From Blepharisma stoltei ATCC 30299 (lineage: Eukaryota > Protista > Ciliophora), in the NCBI GenBank assembly GCA_965603825.1, contig CBFDEM010000062.1, forward strand, positions 248,001 through 312,000: a stretch of DNA of 64,000 nucleotides. The letters are read 5' to 3'. Shown here in pieces: positions 38,702-50,151 of this stretch (position 1 is the stretch's first letter; the number at the start of each line of letters is the position of its first letter). Under the pieces are notes generated by a model. The model ran no database searches, had not been told where the DNA came from, and was given only the letters and a program-made list of their open reading frames with translations. The position numbers were made by a program, and so were the translations under genes.

Positions 38702-39331
38702 ATGGCAAGTCCTCCTATTTTTATAGGTATTTGTGGTGGAACTGCTTCTGGGAAAACAACTCTATGCAATAGAATAAGTGAAGCGTTAGGTGCGGAATGC
38801 ACCGTCCTGGGTATGGACCACTTCTATAAAGGTCTAACAGAAGAAGAGCTTCCTTTGGTGCATGAGTATAACTTTGATCACCCCAATGCACTTGATTTTG
38901 ATGAAATGTATATTGCTGTGCAAAAACTGTTGAGAAGGGAAGATGCTGATATCCCAATTTATGATTTTAAAACCCATGGGAGGAAAGCTGAAAGACAGAT
39001 TGTGAGGAGTTCGAACTTGATCCTTTTTGAAGGAATTTTGGCTTTTTTTGATAAGAGGCTGAGAGATCTTATGAAATTAAAGATTTTTGTTCAGACAGAT
39101 GATGATATAAGACTCTGCAGGAGATTATTAAGAGATGTTGCTGAAAGAGGCAGAGACCCAGATGGGATTTTGAATCAGTATTTTAAATTTGTGAAACCTT
39201 CTTTCGATGAGTATATAAGACCTACTATGAGATATGCAGATATCATTGTACCACATGGTGCACATAATGATGTGGCTATTGAATTCATAGTAATGAACCT
39301 TAAAAATATCCTCAATCTCCCTAAAAACTAG
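38702..39331 (+). CDS. udk: Uridine-cytidine kinase
   Basis: IGICGGTASGKTT, DHFYK, NFDHPNA, EGIL, KIFVQTDDDIRL.RR..RD..ERGR, VKPSF. Confidence 0.95.
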   Translation: MASPPIFIGICGGTASGKTTLCNRISEALGAECTVLGMDHFYKGLTEEELPLVHEYNFDHPNALDFDEMYIAVQKLLRREDADIPIYDFKTHGRKAERQIVRSSNLILFEGILAFFDKRLRDLMKLKIFVQTDDDIRLCRRLLRDVAERGRDPDGILNQYFKFVKPSFDEYIRPTMRYADIIVPHGAHNDVAIEFIVMNLKNILNLPKN

Positions 39332-39509
39332 ATTAATTTGGGAGTTTTAAAAATTAATTTATTCTAAGATAATAAATATTAAATTTAGATTTTAATATTC
39401 GAGTATAAAATACATTTTAAAAAAAAATAATTTCCTTACATAGACATTTATTTGCTAAATAGATTTTATTATGCTAATATTTCCAGCATTTATGCTGTAA
39501 AATAAAAAT

Positions 39510-39962
39510 ATGAGTTACAAGCAAAGTATCGCAATTCAAAACGAACTCAGAAATAAATCACCAAAGCAGCTAGAGGCCAATAGCAATAAAAGCGGAGCCA
39601 AAACCAAATCAAAAAGAGAGAATGATTTCACCATAAAATATAAGACCGAGCTATGCAGGAACTGAATTTCAGGGTTCTGTGAATTTGGTGATAAATGTGC
39701 ATTTGCTCATGGGGATGAACAGCTGAGACTAAAAGAAGCTGCCCCTGAACCAGTAAAGATAAAGAAATGTGTAAATTACTTTGAGGTAGGATATTGCCTT
39801 TTAAATTCTAAATGCCCTTTCAGGCACGAAAAAAACTCCCAAGACACTGCACCTAATTCTCCTACGGGTAGTGTAGAGTCCAGCAGGAGGACGAGTGAAG
39901 ATTTTTCACCGGATCGAACACAAATATTTATAGATTTGGAATCAAGAAATACTTATTTCTAA
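39510..39962 (+). CDS. Tandem CCCH (TTP/ZFP36-like) RNA-binding protein (missed by the ORF track)
   Basis: KYKTELCRN[TGA=W]ISGFCEFGDKCAFAHG and KIKKCVNYFEVGYCLLNSKCPFRH; TAA at 39960. Confidence 0.88.
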
Positions 39963-40565
39963 TTAATTAATATTTCAAAAAAAAAGTATAAGATTTCACT
40001 TATTATTGTAAAATTTATTCAAAGTATAAAATCTGTTAAGATTTTATGAATCCAGTAATAAGAAGACAATTTATTAGAAAAGATGCTAAGGTTTTATTAG
40101 GAAAACTTAAAAGTTTTTTTGACTTGAAACTTCCATATACAATTTTGAGGAATAGCTTATCCATATTTTTGACAGCATTTTTGGGTATATTCTAAATATC
40201 GAGGCCAGAAAATCCAAAATTGAAAATAATATATGAAAAATTCACATCTAATACAAACAAATATTTATGAAAAATTATTTTATGCATTTTGTATAAATTA
40301 GCTAATTTATTGAAAAATTCTTTAAAATAGCTGTTAAAATAAAATATACGAAAGATCCTAAAATTCCTATTATTTAATGGAGTTAAAAATTAAATATTGC
40401 TACCAAAATCGAAGGAATTTAAGTTATCTTTAAATTCTTTTATTAATTATAAATAATAGGATATTTTCTTTGATATTTCATCTTGCTTTATAAATAACAA
40501 AGCATATAAATAATCAATATATTAATTATTAGCCAAATTATTTTAAACTCATCGCAAATAAAAAT

Positions 40566-41312
40566 ATGAGTTACTCCATCCCTCACGATGAGCGCATATC
40601 CAGACTTTCTGAAAGGCTCACAAGTCTCCAAGGCAAGATGGACAACCACCGATCTCAAAACATCGAAAGTCTCGACTCAAAGCTTAAAGGCATTGAAGAC
40701 CTTTTCAATGAATTTCAAGACCAATCCTCCAGAAAGTTTAACGTCCTAAAAGACCAACTGACTAAAATTTATAAAGGAATTGAAGAAGAAAGCGAAAATA
40801 GAGAGTCCCTTGCAGACGCAAAAACGAGAGAAATTAATTCAATGGAAGCCAGGATCAAAGGAATTTTGGAAGCTGAATTTAACTCTCGCAGAGAAATTGA
40901 GCAAAGAATGTACAATCAAATTGAAGAAAAAGCAAATATCATAAGAAATGAGCTGAAAAAAGAGAGCCAGCTGAGACAAGAATCGATAAATACTTTGCAA
41001 CAATACTTAGAAGTGGATATTCCTAAAATCCATGAAGCACTGAAAGCTGAAAGCGAAGACAGAGAGCAAATGGAAGCTGCTATTATGAAGCAGTTCCACG
41101 AAGATATGGACAAGCTTTATCAAGCATTTTACCAAGAAAGGAAACAAAGAGAAGAAAGCGAAGAAAACTTGCAGGAATACTTGAAAGAAGTGGTGCTTAA
41201 TTTGAAAGGAGATATAGATAAAGAAAGAGCAGAAAGAGAAGCGACAGAAGAAACGTTGTTGAGCTTACTAGAGGCGACTTGCACTAAGCTCAATGCTGCA
41301 TCTCAACTTTAA
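40566..41312 (+). CDS. SF-assemblin/beta-giardin family coiled-coil protein
   Basis: 248-aa coiled coil ending 'ERAEREATEETLLSLLEATCTKL'. Confidence 0.8.
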   Translation: MSYSIPHDERISRLSERLTSLQGKMDNHRSQNIESLDSKLKGIEDLFNEFQDQSSRKFNVLKDQLTKIYKGIEEESENRESLADAKTREINSMEARIKGILEAEFNSRREIEQRMYNQIEEKANIIRNELKKESQLRQESINTLQQYLEVDIPKIHEALKAESEDREQMEAAIMKQFHEDMDKLYQAFYQERKQREESEENLQEYLKEVVLNLKGDIDKERAEREATEETLLSLLEATCTKLNAASQL

Positions 41313-41928
41313 GTTAACCAAATTTAAAAAATTATCAGGCGCTAGACTCATTAATTTTATGGTCTTCTCGATATATTTATTTGCAGAGGAAATTAAAAAA
41401 ATTATAATTAAACAAAGATTTGTTTGGAATAACATATTTATTTGAAGGGTTAAGGTCAGAATAAGCTTAATTAGATATTGAAGAAAGAAATTTGCTATCG
41501 AAGAGATATAAAATCTATTAGATAATTATGATAAAAATTTTGGTTAGCTTTAGGAAATTAATTCTAACTTTAACAATAGTATTAGTATAAATTTTAACTT
41601 ACACTTGATGATAGTTATCGCATCACCTAATTCATCATAAATTATTTACTTATGAGTTATAGTGTCAATTGAAGCATACTCTATTATCCAAGGTCTTCCT
41701 CGCCTTGCTTTGATTTCATCTAGCATGCTGCGTTTGGTGCATTAACTCAAAGAGAAAAATTATATGCTTAGGCTTATATTGGATTTCCAAAGATGCAATT
41801 GTGTCACACCTGCATGCAAGGGTCAAATTTGAATTCTTCTCATTACTGGTGCTTCGTTTGTGAACGGCAACAGTAGTGGATTCTGATCAGAAACTCCATA
41901 TTTACCACAGAAATCAAAATATTTCATA

Positions 41929-42011
41929 AACCAAAAATAAATGCAATTGTCAAGAAAAAATAGTCAACCAAAAATAAATGCAATTGTCAAAAAACAATAG
42001 TCAACCAAAAT
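41929..42011 (+). repeat. 37-bp tandem repeat, about 2.2 copies
   Basis: AACCAAAAATAAATGCAATTGTCAA(G/A)AAA(A/C)AATAGTC twice, then AACCAAAAT. Confidence 0.9.
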
Positions 42012-42225
42012 ATGAAAGAGAAACAATAATTGGCTTCCAAATGGATGATTTTTAAGAGAAAAAATAATAAATTAATTCTGAGAACAAAAATATTATCAGA
42101 GAAAGCAGTATTAATTGAGTGAACTCAATGAAGATTGTGCAAAATGGATTATTATGTTATTTACTCAATTATGAGTTATTAAATTTTTGTCACCTTTCAA
42201 AAAATTACGAATTTTTATTTTTAAA

Positions 42226-42665
42226 CTAAAATAATTGATTATTTTTGTGCTCGATCAATATGAGATGGTTACGAAGCAAATGAAAATCAGACGCTCAACA
42301 ATTTGGACAAGTTACAACACTAGGCGTGCGACAATTCTGATGAAGCGGTTGAGAGCCACATGATGCATAGAAAAGATTTCCAACATTTGAAAGGCAGATC
42401 ATGTAAGGGTACTGAGAATTTTCTTCCATGATAACATCATCAGAACTTACAGATAATTTTGCCATGAATTTTTGCAGATTTGTTAGGACATATTTCTACA
42501 TTGTTCCAGTTTTTTTGGCCTGGGTAAATCAAGAGTAGCTGCAGCAAAAAGGTGTGAGCTCATTATTTTGATAATAGATTCAACATTTTCACTTGAATGT
42601 GAGGCATTAAGATTATTTTTTATTATTTTGAAATATTTGATTTGTAGGCTCATAATAAAAAGCAA
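42226..42665 (-). pseudogene. Possible decayed RING-finger gene fragment
   Basis: One frame reads ..YMICLSN..ASCGSQPLHQNC...TCPNC..; the upstream part is broken by stops and frameshifts. Confidence 0.3.
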
Positions 42666-42835
42666 TTGTTTTTAAATACGATTTCCCTGGTCGTCTATGT
42701 AAAAAATATAAAGTTAATGCTATCGATAGATTGTGTTGCTGCATTATAATGAGAAACTTTTTTCTTGCTGCTTTTGTGCTTGGTTGAAGTTTAGCCTACT
42801 AACAAATGAAAAAGTACTTCCAAATAAAATTAATT

Positions 42836-44483
42836 ATTAAATATAATTTATTCACGTTAGTCCCATTTTATTATAAAATTGATGTTCTTTAATTCAGATC
42901 ATACAAGCCTCCCTAATTTATCTATTACTAAGCCTAAATCAGCCCTAAATCAATCTGTTGATACCGAGCAAGATGTTTTCTTTCAGAAGCAAAAGGAAAT
43001 ATTAAATAATTCTATTCTCTGAACTATAAAAGAACTGGAATTATCAAAAAGGAATTATATTATAAATTCAGCCTATAAAATAAAAGCTAAGAATGAAATT
43101 TTGGTTATAGACAGTGCAATTATGATTGATAGCTCAAATTATACTACAGATGACAGTCTAATGCTAGAACTTATAGAAAAGCTTGAAAATAATGAAAATA
43201 AAAGTTTTAATTTAAAAAAAGATTTGAGCAAATTTAATGTGCTTTTAAAATCGAGGCTCAGTTGGGTTTCTTATTCAAAATTAAAAAAGTTAGAGCAAAA
43301 AAATAAGAGAAAATGAAACAAAATTGAATATGGTTACAAAGAAATAGTGAATTCAATAAAACCAAATACTGAAATTTTAATTAAGTTAAATAGTTATGCA
43401 AGCATTCTATATCAAAACTATTTAAAAAAGTTTGATCAAATTGCTAAAAATTACCTAAAATTTAGCAAATATATTGAAGAAAATAAGGCTAACGATGATA
43501 ATAATATTTATTTAGGGTTTCACAGCGGGATTGCTGTATTGATATGACCTCTGAAAAGCAAAAATATCATTATTGAGATGATGATAATGATGATGATTTA
43601 GATTGAGTTATTAAGCTTCCTAATGATGAATTGTTTTGCTGCGGGCGTTATATTATAGGTCCTGCTCGCGTCACCGTAGAAGAATTGCTAACACATTTAT
43701 TCTTGACAGCAAAACATTTGAATTGAAAAAAAAATTGATTACCGAGGAGATAATGATTCATGCTCTGGGCTACTCTATAATAATTTCATATATTTTTTTG
43801 GTAGTGAGATTTGTGTATCTTTTGATATGCAGTCAAAAAGATGAAAAAAACTTACTAGCATTGATTTAAGTTTTAAATCAAACTGTATATTATTTCAAAA
43901 AGCTATCTATTGTGTGGATATGATCCTATAGTGTATAAGTATGATATAACTATTGATAGCTACTCTGAGATTGTTTTAAATTTAAATAGTGGGTTTAAAT
44001 TTCTTGCATATGGCCTAGAAAGAGCCTATATAATTGATTTTAATGGATTTATTTACGAAAGTGAAAAAGAAAACGAGTATTATTGAAATGCTGTGTGTGA
44101 AGGTAAGATTTCAGAGCACACTTCAACTTATAGTCCATTCAATAACACGCTTGGACTATATTGAATAGCTGATAGTTATTGTATTATGTTTGGAATTTAT
44201 AGAGAAGAAGTAAAAGTAAAAGCAGGTGACAATAAAAATTTCCAATATTTTATATTTGACTTTAGAAATCGAAGTTTGAGCCTAGCTAAAGAAGAATAAA
44301 GATGAAGAATATTCTTCAAGTGATAAAGAACTTTTGATGTCAATAAAATAAAAAATAAAACAATATTAAGATTATTTAACTCTTAAAAATAAATGAAAAT
44401 GATAATTTGAAAAAAAAAATTGTTAGTATTTTTTAATAGCAATTCTTATTATTTTTTAATAATAAATTGAATTTTATCAATTC
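42836..44483 (+). repeat. Direct duplication, copy 1 (paired with 44890-46737)
   Basis: Near-identical from ATTAAATATAATTTATTCACG to GAATTTTATCAATTC, with indels. Confidence 0.95.
42882..44350 (+). pseudogene. Pseudogene copy of the coiled-coil + Kelch-like propeller gene
   Basis: Relative to copy 2: 153-bp and 21-bp deletions plus several 1-nt deletions (about 43540, 43656, 43908) that break the frame. Confidence 0.8.
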
Positions 44484-44489
44484 AAAAAC

Positions 44490-44771
44490 TCTCGACTCAA
44501 AGCTTAAAGGTATTGAAGACCTTTTCAATCAATTTCAAGATCAATCCACTAGAAAGTTTATCGTTCTAAAAGACCAACTAACTAAATTTATAAAGGAATT
44601 GAATAAGAAAGCGACAATAAAGTGTCCCTTGCAGACGCAAAAACGAGAGAAAATAATTCAATGGAAGCCAGGATCAAAGGAATTTTGGAAGCTGCTAAGT
44701 CAAGCTTTTTATATTTGCTTTTTCTTCAATTTGATTGTACATTCTTTGCTCAATTTCTCTGCGAGAGTTAA
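44490..44771. pseudogene. Scrambled SF-assemblin remnant (forward piece + inverted piece)
   Basis: 44490-44694 is similar to 40670-40875 (frameshifted); 44711-44771 is the reverse complement of 40879-40939. Confidence 0.9.
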
Positions 44772-44889
44772 GACCCAGAATAAGCTTAAATTGGATATTG
44801 AAGAAGAAATTTGCTATTGTAACAGAATAAAATCTGTGAGACAATTATGATAAAAAATTATTGTTAGATTTAGGAAATTAATTCAAAGC

Positions 44890-46737
44890 ATTAAATATAA
44901 TTTATTCACGTTAGCCCCATTTTATTATAAAATTGATGTTCTTTAATTCAGATCTTACAAGCCTCCCTAATTTATCTATTACTAAGCCTGAATCAGCCCT
45001 AAATCAATCTGTTGATACCGAGCAAGATGTTTTCTTTCAGAAGCAAAAGGAAATATTAAATAATTCTATTCTCTGAACTATAAAAGAACTGGAATTATTA
45101 AAAAGGAATTATATTATAAATTCAGCCTATAAAATAAAAGCTGAGAATGAAATTTTGGTTAATTCAATTAAGCAAGCTGATCTAAAGATAGAAAAATGCA
45201 AAAATATGCTTAATTATTCAAACGCTTGCAATGAGCTATCAATTACTCAATTTTTATTAGAACAATATAAAAATGAATTTTCTAATTTATCTATAAAGCA
45301 ACCTGGAGAATATATAGACAGTGCAATTATGATTGATAGCTCAAATTATACTACAGATGACAGTCTAATGCTAGAACTTATAGAAAAGCTTGAAAATAAT
45401 GAAAATAAAATTTTTAATTTAAAAAAAGATTTGATCAAATTTAATGTGCTTTTAAAATCGAGGCTCACCTGGGCTTCTTATAAAAAGTTAAAAAAGTTAG
45501 AGCAAAAAAATGAGAGAAAATGAAACAAAATTGAATATGGTTACAAAGAAATGGTGAATTCAATAAAACCAAATATTGAAATTTTAATTAAGTTAGACAG
45601 TCATGCAAGCATTTTATATCAAAACTATTTAAAAAAGTTTGATCAAATTGCTAAAAATTACCTAAAATTTAGCAAATATATTGAAGAAAATAAGGCTTAT
45701 GATGATAATAATATTTATTTAGGGTTTCACAGCGGGATTGCTGTATTTGATATGACCTCTGAAAAGCAAGAATATCATTATTGAGATGATGATAATGATG
45801 ATGATTTTAATATTAACCTCGATTATTTAGATTGAGTTATTAAGCTTCCTAATGATGAATTGTTTTGCTGCGGGCATTATATTAGTAGGTTCTGCTCGCG
45901 TCACCGTAGAAGAATTGCTAACACATTTATTCTTGACAGCAAAACATTTGAATTGAAAAAAAAATTGATTACCGAGGAGATAATGATTCATGCTCTGGGC
46001 TACTCTATAATAATTTCATATATTTTTTTGGTAGTGAGATTTGTGTATCTTTTGATATGCAGTCAAAAAGATGAAAAAAACTTACTAGCATTGATTTAAG
46101 TTTTAAATCAAACTGTATATTATTTCAAAAAGCTATCTTATTGTGTGGAGATGATCCTATAGTGTATAAGTATGATATAACTATTGATAGTTACTCTGAG
46201 ATTGCTTTAAATTTAAATAGTGGGTTTAAATTTCTTGCATATAGTTCAGAAAGAGCTTATATAATTGATTTTAATGGATTTATTTACGAAAGTGAAAAAG
46301 AAAACGAGTATTATTGAAATGCTGTGTGTGAAGGTAAGATTTCAGAGCACACTTCAACTTATAGTCCATTCAATAACACGCTTGGACTATATTGAACAGC
46401 TGACAGTTATTGTATTATGTTTGGAATTTATAGAGAAGAAGTAAAAGTAAAAGCAGGTGACAATAAAAATTTCCAATATTTTATATTTGACTTTAGAAAT
46501 CGAAGTTTGAGCCTAGCTAAAGGCTTCAAAGCCAAGGATAAAGATAAAGATGAAGATGAAGAATATTCTTCAAGTGATAAAGAACTTTTCATGGCAATAA
46601 AATAAAAAACAAAACAATATTAAGATTATTTAACTCTTAAAAATAAATGAAAATGATAATTTGAAAAAAAAAATTGTTAGTATTTTTTAATAGCAATTCT
46701 TATTATTTTTTAATAATAAATTGAATTTTATCAATTC
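44890..46737 (+). repeat. Direct duplication, copy 2
   Basis: Matches 42836-44483. Confidence 0.95.
44936..46605 (+). CDS. Coiled-coil + Kelch-like beta-propeller protein interrupted by one -1 frameshift at an A9 run (45956-45964)
   Basis: Open (TGA=Trp) from ATG 44936 to the A run. The -1 frame continues 'IDYRGDNDSCSGLLYNNFIYFFG...ILLCG...VYKYDI...AYIIDFNGFIYESEKENEYYW' to TAA 46603, collinear with paralog 47402-48328. Confidence 0.65.
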
Positions 46738-47401
46738 TAAGACACAGCTTGCTTGAAATTATGTTTGTTGATCTTTACTTGCATTGCCTTGAAAGTCTAG
46801 AATTTTCTTACAATTCATGACTAGAGTTCTAATAAGACTTGCTAATAAACTATGCATCTTTTCCAAATCAAAATAGTTTAATTTTGATATATTTGTAATA
46901 GAGCTAAAATGAAGAAAAATTTAAAAATATTTAAGTCTGCTAAAAAGAGATGCTGGCAATTCTATTTAAAATTTCAAAAATTTTAACTATATAGCATATA
47001 ATAATTCACTTCGAAGCCCCATTTTATTATAAAAATAATAATATTTAATCAAGATATCTTATAAGTTAGATCTTTTTCTTTATCATTTTAAAAAGTTTTG
47101 GAATAAATTTATTTTTAGCCTTCTCGTTATTTTCTTATATTAAAAAAATAATGCCAGGAAGCAGATAATTTTCAATCACTGCTATTACAATTAATACTTT
47201 ATTTCCCAGTATTAATTAAGCATGCTATATTGATAAATATATTAGATTAGCTGTTAAATAGCTTAAAGAAGATTTATATTTATAGGCTAAATTAAAAATA
47301 AGAATTATTGCTCAGCTCTGTTGAAAATAAAAAAGCAGCCTTTCACTTTTAAATGAGAAAACGCAGTCAATTGACCTTCCTTATTTCCTTATATCTAAGG
47401 A

Positions 47402-48328
47402 ATGCTAAAATGCTGCTACTCAAGTATATTAGAAATATTAAAATCTAATTTAAAAAATTATAGTGTAGGAAATATTTTAATGCATTTAAATTTGGCCAAA
47501 ATTGGAGAAAGTGTTAAATATTCAATGAAAGATTCTAACCAAAAAGCAAATATTTTTTTAGGGTTTAAGAATGGGATAATCGAATTTGATCCTTACAATG
47601 GGAAACAAAAAAGGCATAATTTAGACTGGGGCTTAATTCGTTTTAGATGGATAATAGATTTACACAACGGTGAGTTACTTTGCTGTGGAGAAAAATCAAT
47701 AAGAAGAAAAATTGGATATTCTAAGCCTAGAAAAGCCACCGTTTTATTTATCATCAATAACAAAACCTTTAGAGTTATCAGAGAAATTCCCTACAGATAT
47801 TATGAGCATGATTGACAGGGAGTCTATTACAATAATGCTGTTTACTTATTTGGAAACTATACTTCCACTTCTTTTAACCTTGCCAAAGGAAAATGAAAGA
47901 AATTAGCTCCTTTGCCAATGAATTCCTCTGAATGCTATTGCATTCCTTTTAAAAGATCTATTCTATTATGTGGAACAGAACATTCTGATGTATATAAATA
48001 TGATATTGATATAAAAAGTTATTCGACACTTGGTTTATCACTTGATACTTATAACGCAAAGTTGCTTCTCTTTCATAGTAAAATTGCATATTTAATTGAA
48101 TTAAAAGGATATATCTATGAAAGCGAGGAGGAAAATGAATACAGCTGAACACAAGTAGGCTTAGGAAGCATTTATGGGCCAGCTTGACAATTATATTGAG
48201 CTTCCAATAATTCAAGTATTTTTATAGGAACTTATAGCAAGGATGATACTTCAAACTATTATGAATTTCAGCTCAGTCAGAAAAAATTGATTCAAATTTG
48301 TCTAGACTCTGAAAAAAACCTCAACTAA
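47402..48328 (+). CDS. Divergent paralog, Kelch-like beta-propeller protein (about 308 aa; 5' end uncertain)
   Basis: One frame through TGAs; 'NIFLGFKNGI', 'ELLCCG', 'YNNAVYLFG', 'ILLCG', 'VYKYDI', 'IYESEEENEYSW'. Confidence 0.7.
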
Positions 48329-48502
48329 CTTATAAGAAGCAAGTTTATTGATTATTAAATTAATCCGCTATAAATATTTTAGTTAAGCGATTTCTTAATT
48401 TTATTCTTAGCTCGAATGATAAAATCACATTAAGATGATGATTTTTATTAAAATAACTAAATGGACTACGCTTAATTCATTTTATTAAATTGTAGATTTG
48501 CC

Positions 48503-50080
48503 ATGGCTGAGATAGAATTGAAGGAAGAAGATATTGAGTTAACAGGAAAGACCCTTTACATGGTTGAGGGGCAAGTTGAAATTGAACTCGGAAGATTCAA
48601 AAAAAATCCAGAAAAGCTTTTTGTTGTGAAAAAAATTTATCCAATTGATGAAGACTACGATAAAATGAAGCGAGAAGTTGTCTCGCTGTATAAATTAAAT
48701 CACCCTGCAATTCCTAAATTTTATGGCTACTATTGATCTAGACGGAATAATTTATATTTGCTTTGTGTTTTAATAGAATACTTTCATAATGGTGATCTAG
48801 CCAGAGAAATCTTGAGAAGAAAGAACAATACTTGATCGGAAGAAGAATTATTACATCATTTTGGATGTCTCTTAGATGCATTTGCATATATGGAATGCGC
48901 AGGTTTTGCACATCGAGATATTAAGCCCCAAAATATTTTTATTGGAAATGAAGGCAGCTTCAAGGTCGGGGATTTTGGGTGCTCTATTCAAAGTTTAGAG
49001 CACCAACTTAGAGAACTTGCAACTATTTCTGGGTCTCCTATATATTTAAGTCCTCTTGTGCGAGAAGCATGAATTTCTTATCAGGAAGGCAGTAACTGAG
49101 CAGGAAAGACTAATCACAATGTTTACAAATCAGATGTTTATTCGCTTGGGCTAACTTTCCTTTATATGGCTACCTTAAAAGAGCCAATAGAATTAGTGAG
49201 TCTTAAAAATCTTAAAGAAAAAATTAAGGGAAAGCTATATCAGATAAGATATAATCGAATCATCCCTTTACTTGAGCTAATGCTAAAAGTCAATGAAGAT
49301 GAAAGACCTAATTTCATCCAGCTAAAGCATTTTTATAATGAAAATTTTAGATTTCTGGACGTCAATGTATTCGCACAAGCGCGATTTTTGGCAGAAATGG
49401 TCAATGAAAGAGTATTTTCTCCTACAAATTTCAATCTTTTATATTTAAAAGGCACCAAAATAACATTTAAAATCAAGACAAAGAACATAAAATTATTAGC
49501 GAATTTATATTCAAAATGCAGCAACGAGAGACTGACCACAGTTGAAAAAGAAATCCTCTTAGATTTGATAAAAAATGATGAGATATCAGATAATTTATGC
49601 AAGATATGCAATAATAGAATTTTTATTGATGACCACCCTTTAGTAAAAAGTAAATGCCCTTGCAGATATTGAATGCATAAAGCTTGCTATTATGAAAGTT
49701 TGAATACAAATAAGGCATTAACATGCAATATTTGCAATAACTCTTTAGTGCCATTTATAAATCAAATATTCTGCCCGAACCATGACTGTCCTGGAACCAT
49801 TCCATTAAAAGCGAAAACATTTAAATGTAATATATGCTTTGCAGAGTTTTGCAAGATATGCAAAATAAACTTAATTAATCATCAAAATTCCTGCATTAGT
49901 TCATCCCTTAGCAGAAGGAGTTTAAGATGTGGGAAATGTGGCCAAGCTGTAATAAGAGAAAGAGGGAGTTTTTACTACAAATGCCAGAATTGCGGATATT
50001 TGTGTATAGTTTGCTTTAAAGGGATATATGCAAGTCACAAGGAATGCTGCAGCTATTTTATATCTTTAAATCAATTTTAG
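48503..50080 (+). CDS. Ser/Thr kinase fused to a RING-IBR-RING2-like Cys-rich tail (about 525 aa)
   Basis: HRDIKPQN, DFG, KSDVYSLGLTF; tail CKIC..C.C...HKAC..CNIC / CPNHDC..CNIC...FCKIC...H..C / CGKC..RERGS...CQNC...CIVC; five TGAs in frame. Confidence 0.82.
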
Positions 50081-50151
50081 CTGATTTTCATATGATAATG
50101 ATAAATTATTATTACCCCAGAAAAATTGATTTCTTCTAAAATTAAATATAA

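Noticed and set aside
41640-41930. Possible minus-strand gene
   Set aside because: Only short frames with no recognisable motif even with TGA=Trp.
44467-44850. 127-aa ORF as a real gene
   Set aside because: Chimeric read-through of forward, frameshifted and inverted SF-assemblin pieces with a TTG start.
45804-45828. 21-bp indel between the duplicates as an IES
   Set aside because: Bounded by ATTT microhomology rather than a clean TA pair and very short; an ordinary deletion is more likely.
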